The notes beneath the pieces are model-generated. The model did no database searches. It was not told where the DNA came from and saw only the letters and a program-made list of their open reading frames with translations. A DNA stretch of 64,000 nucleotides from the NCBI GenBank assembly GCA_905178155.1, contig CAJINV010000003.1, positions 4,437,863 to 4,501,862 on the forward strand, written 5' to 3'. The stretch is from Amoebophrya sp. A120 (lineage: Eukaryota > Protista > Dinoflagellata). Below are positions 62,035 to 64,000 of the stretch, one piece after another. Position 1 is the stretch's first letter. Every line of letters starts with the position of its first letter. Position numbers and translations under genes: made by a program.

Positions 62035-62329
62035 CTGCAAGTGCGTTTTGGTGTAAAGTGATCCAAAACTACTACCGGAATCAGCGGGCGAGAGCTTGTG
62101 CTACCAGGTTTCTCCTTAAAGGATGCACTATTGAACAAGACAGCAGGCACAGGGATTTTATAAACATCATCTTCGGCAAGCACGGAATAATGTGGTAGAG
62201 GTCGTGTGGGATCAACATATAACAAGTCTTCATTATAGCAGGGGAGCTGGCATCGTCGAGGACATCATCTTCGGAAAGATGCAGAGTCGCTTTTATAATA
62301 GTCGCCAAAGTTGTAGTCGAAGCAGTCCC

Positions 62330-64000
62330 CTAGCAATTAGCAGCAGTAGGATTATTGGAACCTTCCGGGTGCAGGGAATCCGCAACGGAATCGGGGCCTA
62401 CCACAAACTGCTTCGGCATGATCTTCGAGATCGCTTTTTGCAGTTTCTTTCGTCGATTATCCGCTGCTACCCACGTGCTGAAGTAGTGGACCTCCTCGGA
62501 CTTTCGCGGTGCAGGCGGGCTCGTCCGACTGCTTCGCGGTTGCGTACCCTTTCTTGAAGGGGACGAGGAGGAGGTTGCTCCCTCGCTGGTTGATTCGCGA
62601 CCGCGGGAGGATCCGACCCCGGCTGAAGAAGGCGGCGAAAATTCTTCGCTGTCCGGCCCGTCCGATTCTTCTTGCCCGTCCGCCGTGCTGACGTTGCTGC
62701 TGCTCACTTCTCGCTTTGGTCCACCTAGGTGGCCAGACTCGCCCTCTTTCCTCTTTTGCTTGCGTTTTCGCGCTTGTCGCTGCGGCGAGGTCTTCGCACC
62801 CAACGACCCGCTCCCCTCTGCACTGTCCTCTGCTAGCAACATCGCTCCGTCCTTAGTGTTAACGTCCGAACCAGCTTGCTTCGCGCATTTTTTCTCTGCC
62901 GAAGACGCCGCATCTTTATTTCCCGAAGATGATGCCAGTACAGCGTTTTCCGCTCCTGCGGCGAAGTTGTTTTTCTTGTTGCCGTCACATGATGAGTCCT
63001 TCTGGTCCGCCAGCTGCTCGAGCTCGCTACCAGTCTCCTTCGAATCCGTTCTCGGCGAGGCCGCGCATGCGTCCTGCTTGCCCTTTCCTTCGCGCCGCTG
63101 CTTGTACAGCTCGTCCCGGTACAGCCGTTCGTGGGTGACGTAGTCTTCTTGCGCCGCCTCCGAAATCGGCATGTCGAGATGCAGGGCCATCTTCTTCCGC
63201 ACGTTCTCCGCGTACAATTCTGGATCCTCCTTCTCCTGCTCACTCGGGTGGTACACCTTGAGCACCTTGATCTGCATCCGGTTTGCGAACTGGCAGCAGG
63301 TGCGGAAAAACAGCATGTCCATGTTGTTGCCCCCGCAGGCCGCTCCCGTCCAGCACGGGTTGTAGTGGTAATACGGGAACCGGATATCAAATGCAAAAAT
63401 GTCTGGGTCTGGAAAAACTCAACTTGTGATGCTGCATTTGGATGTCTAAAAAATTTGTGTTGCATGAGCAGCAAAAGGAGTGTAATTTTTGCTACGCGGA
63501 GAGGGCATTTGTCATGCGGAATAGGCATCAAGAGTCTCAGTCTCTTATAGAAAATTGTGATGCTAGGGCATGCATCATAGACATCATGGCTCATGCAAAC
63601 CGTGCGTGACAAGTCTCGGAATCTTCCAGACCCAGACATTTTTACAGTTGATACCGGAAGCACACGGGCTGCACGGGCGCGCCGGGCGTGAAGGCGCCCT
63701 TCTTGAACTTCAGCATGGCGATGTTGTTGCCCGTGGTGCCCTCGGGGAAAATCATCAGCTGGCTCGCGTTATCAAATGTAAAAATGTCTGGGTCTGGAAG
63801 CGTTGGAACTTGTGATGCAAACTCTGGAACACACAAAAATTTGTGTTGCATGGGCGCCAAAAGCTGTCCATTTCTTGGCACGCAAGTAGGCAGTTTCTCA
63901 TGCGTGACAGGCATCATGTGGCGTGCTCAAAACCTGTGATGCTTTTGCCTGCATCAGACGCCATTAGCGTGATCCGAAATATGCATGACAAATCTCGCAA
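62330..64000 (-). CDS. LPCAT: Lysophospholipid acyltransferase (LPCAT/LPEAT), 3' part, interrupted by 2 TIR elements
   Basis: [11 protein letters not shown]...[20 protein letters not shown] | [11 protein letters not shown]...CQFANRMQI...[23 protein letters not shown] after element removal. Confidence 0.9.
63385..63653 (+). mobile_element. TIR introner/MITE copy 6 (269 bp) in an LPCAT exon; orientation A
   Basis: TATCAAATGCAAAAATGTCTGGGTCTGGAA ... TTCCAGACCCAGACATTTTTACAGTTGATA; perfect TSD CCGGA. Removal restores [14 protein letters not shown]. Confidence 0.95.
63770..64000 (+). mobile_element. TIR introner/MITE copy 7 (truncated by window end); orientation A
   Basis: TATCAAATGTAAAAATGTCTGGGTCTGGAAG followed by the family core AAATTTGTGTTGCATG...GCAGTTTCTCATGCG...AGGCATC; predicted TSD CGCGT. 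Confidence 0.9.

Noticed and set aside
1-64000. Stop-codon reassignment as reported for one Amoebophrya lineage
   Set aside because: Long conserved ORFs (SPT16, EFL, RPT6) are open in the standard code, and EFL, PKG and RPT6 end at TAA/TAG in expected positions.

Overview
Gene-dense eukaryotic DNA, most consistent with an alveolate/early-branching dinoflagellate parasite such as Amoebophrya (Syndiniales). This is inferred from EFL, a multi-cNMP PKG, short introns and about 22 consecutive genes all on the minus strand. Recognisable genes: RCL1, EFL, p31comet-like, RPT6, PKG, DCTN3-like, major-vault-protein-like, dynamin-family GTPase, C2CD3-like, SPT16, CEPT/EPT and LPCAT. The ordinary introns I checked are GT-AG. 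The standout signal is a family of 7 non-autonomous ~250-270 bp MITE-like elements. They have ~30-bp terminal inverted repeats (TAT[CAAAT/GGATT]G[CT]AAAAATGTCTGGGTCTGGAA) and 5-bp target-site duplications, and all sit inside coding exons in both orientations. Removing the element plus one TSD restores the reading frame in all 6 complete copies, yet only 1 of 6 can be written with GY-AG ends. This points to TIR-guided non-canonical splicing (introners) or DNA-level excision. One copy carries a nested poly(A)-tailed retro-insertion with an 18-bp TSD.
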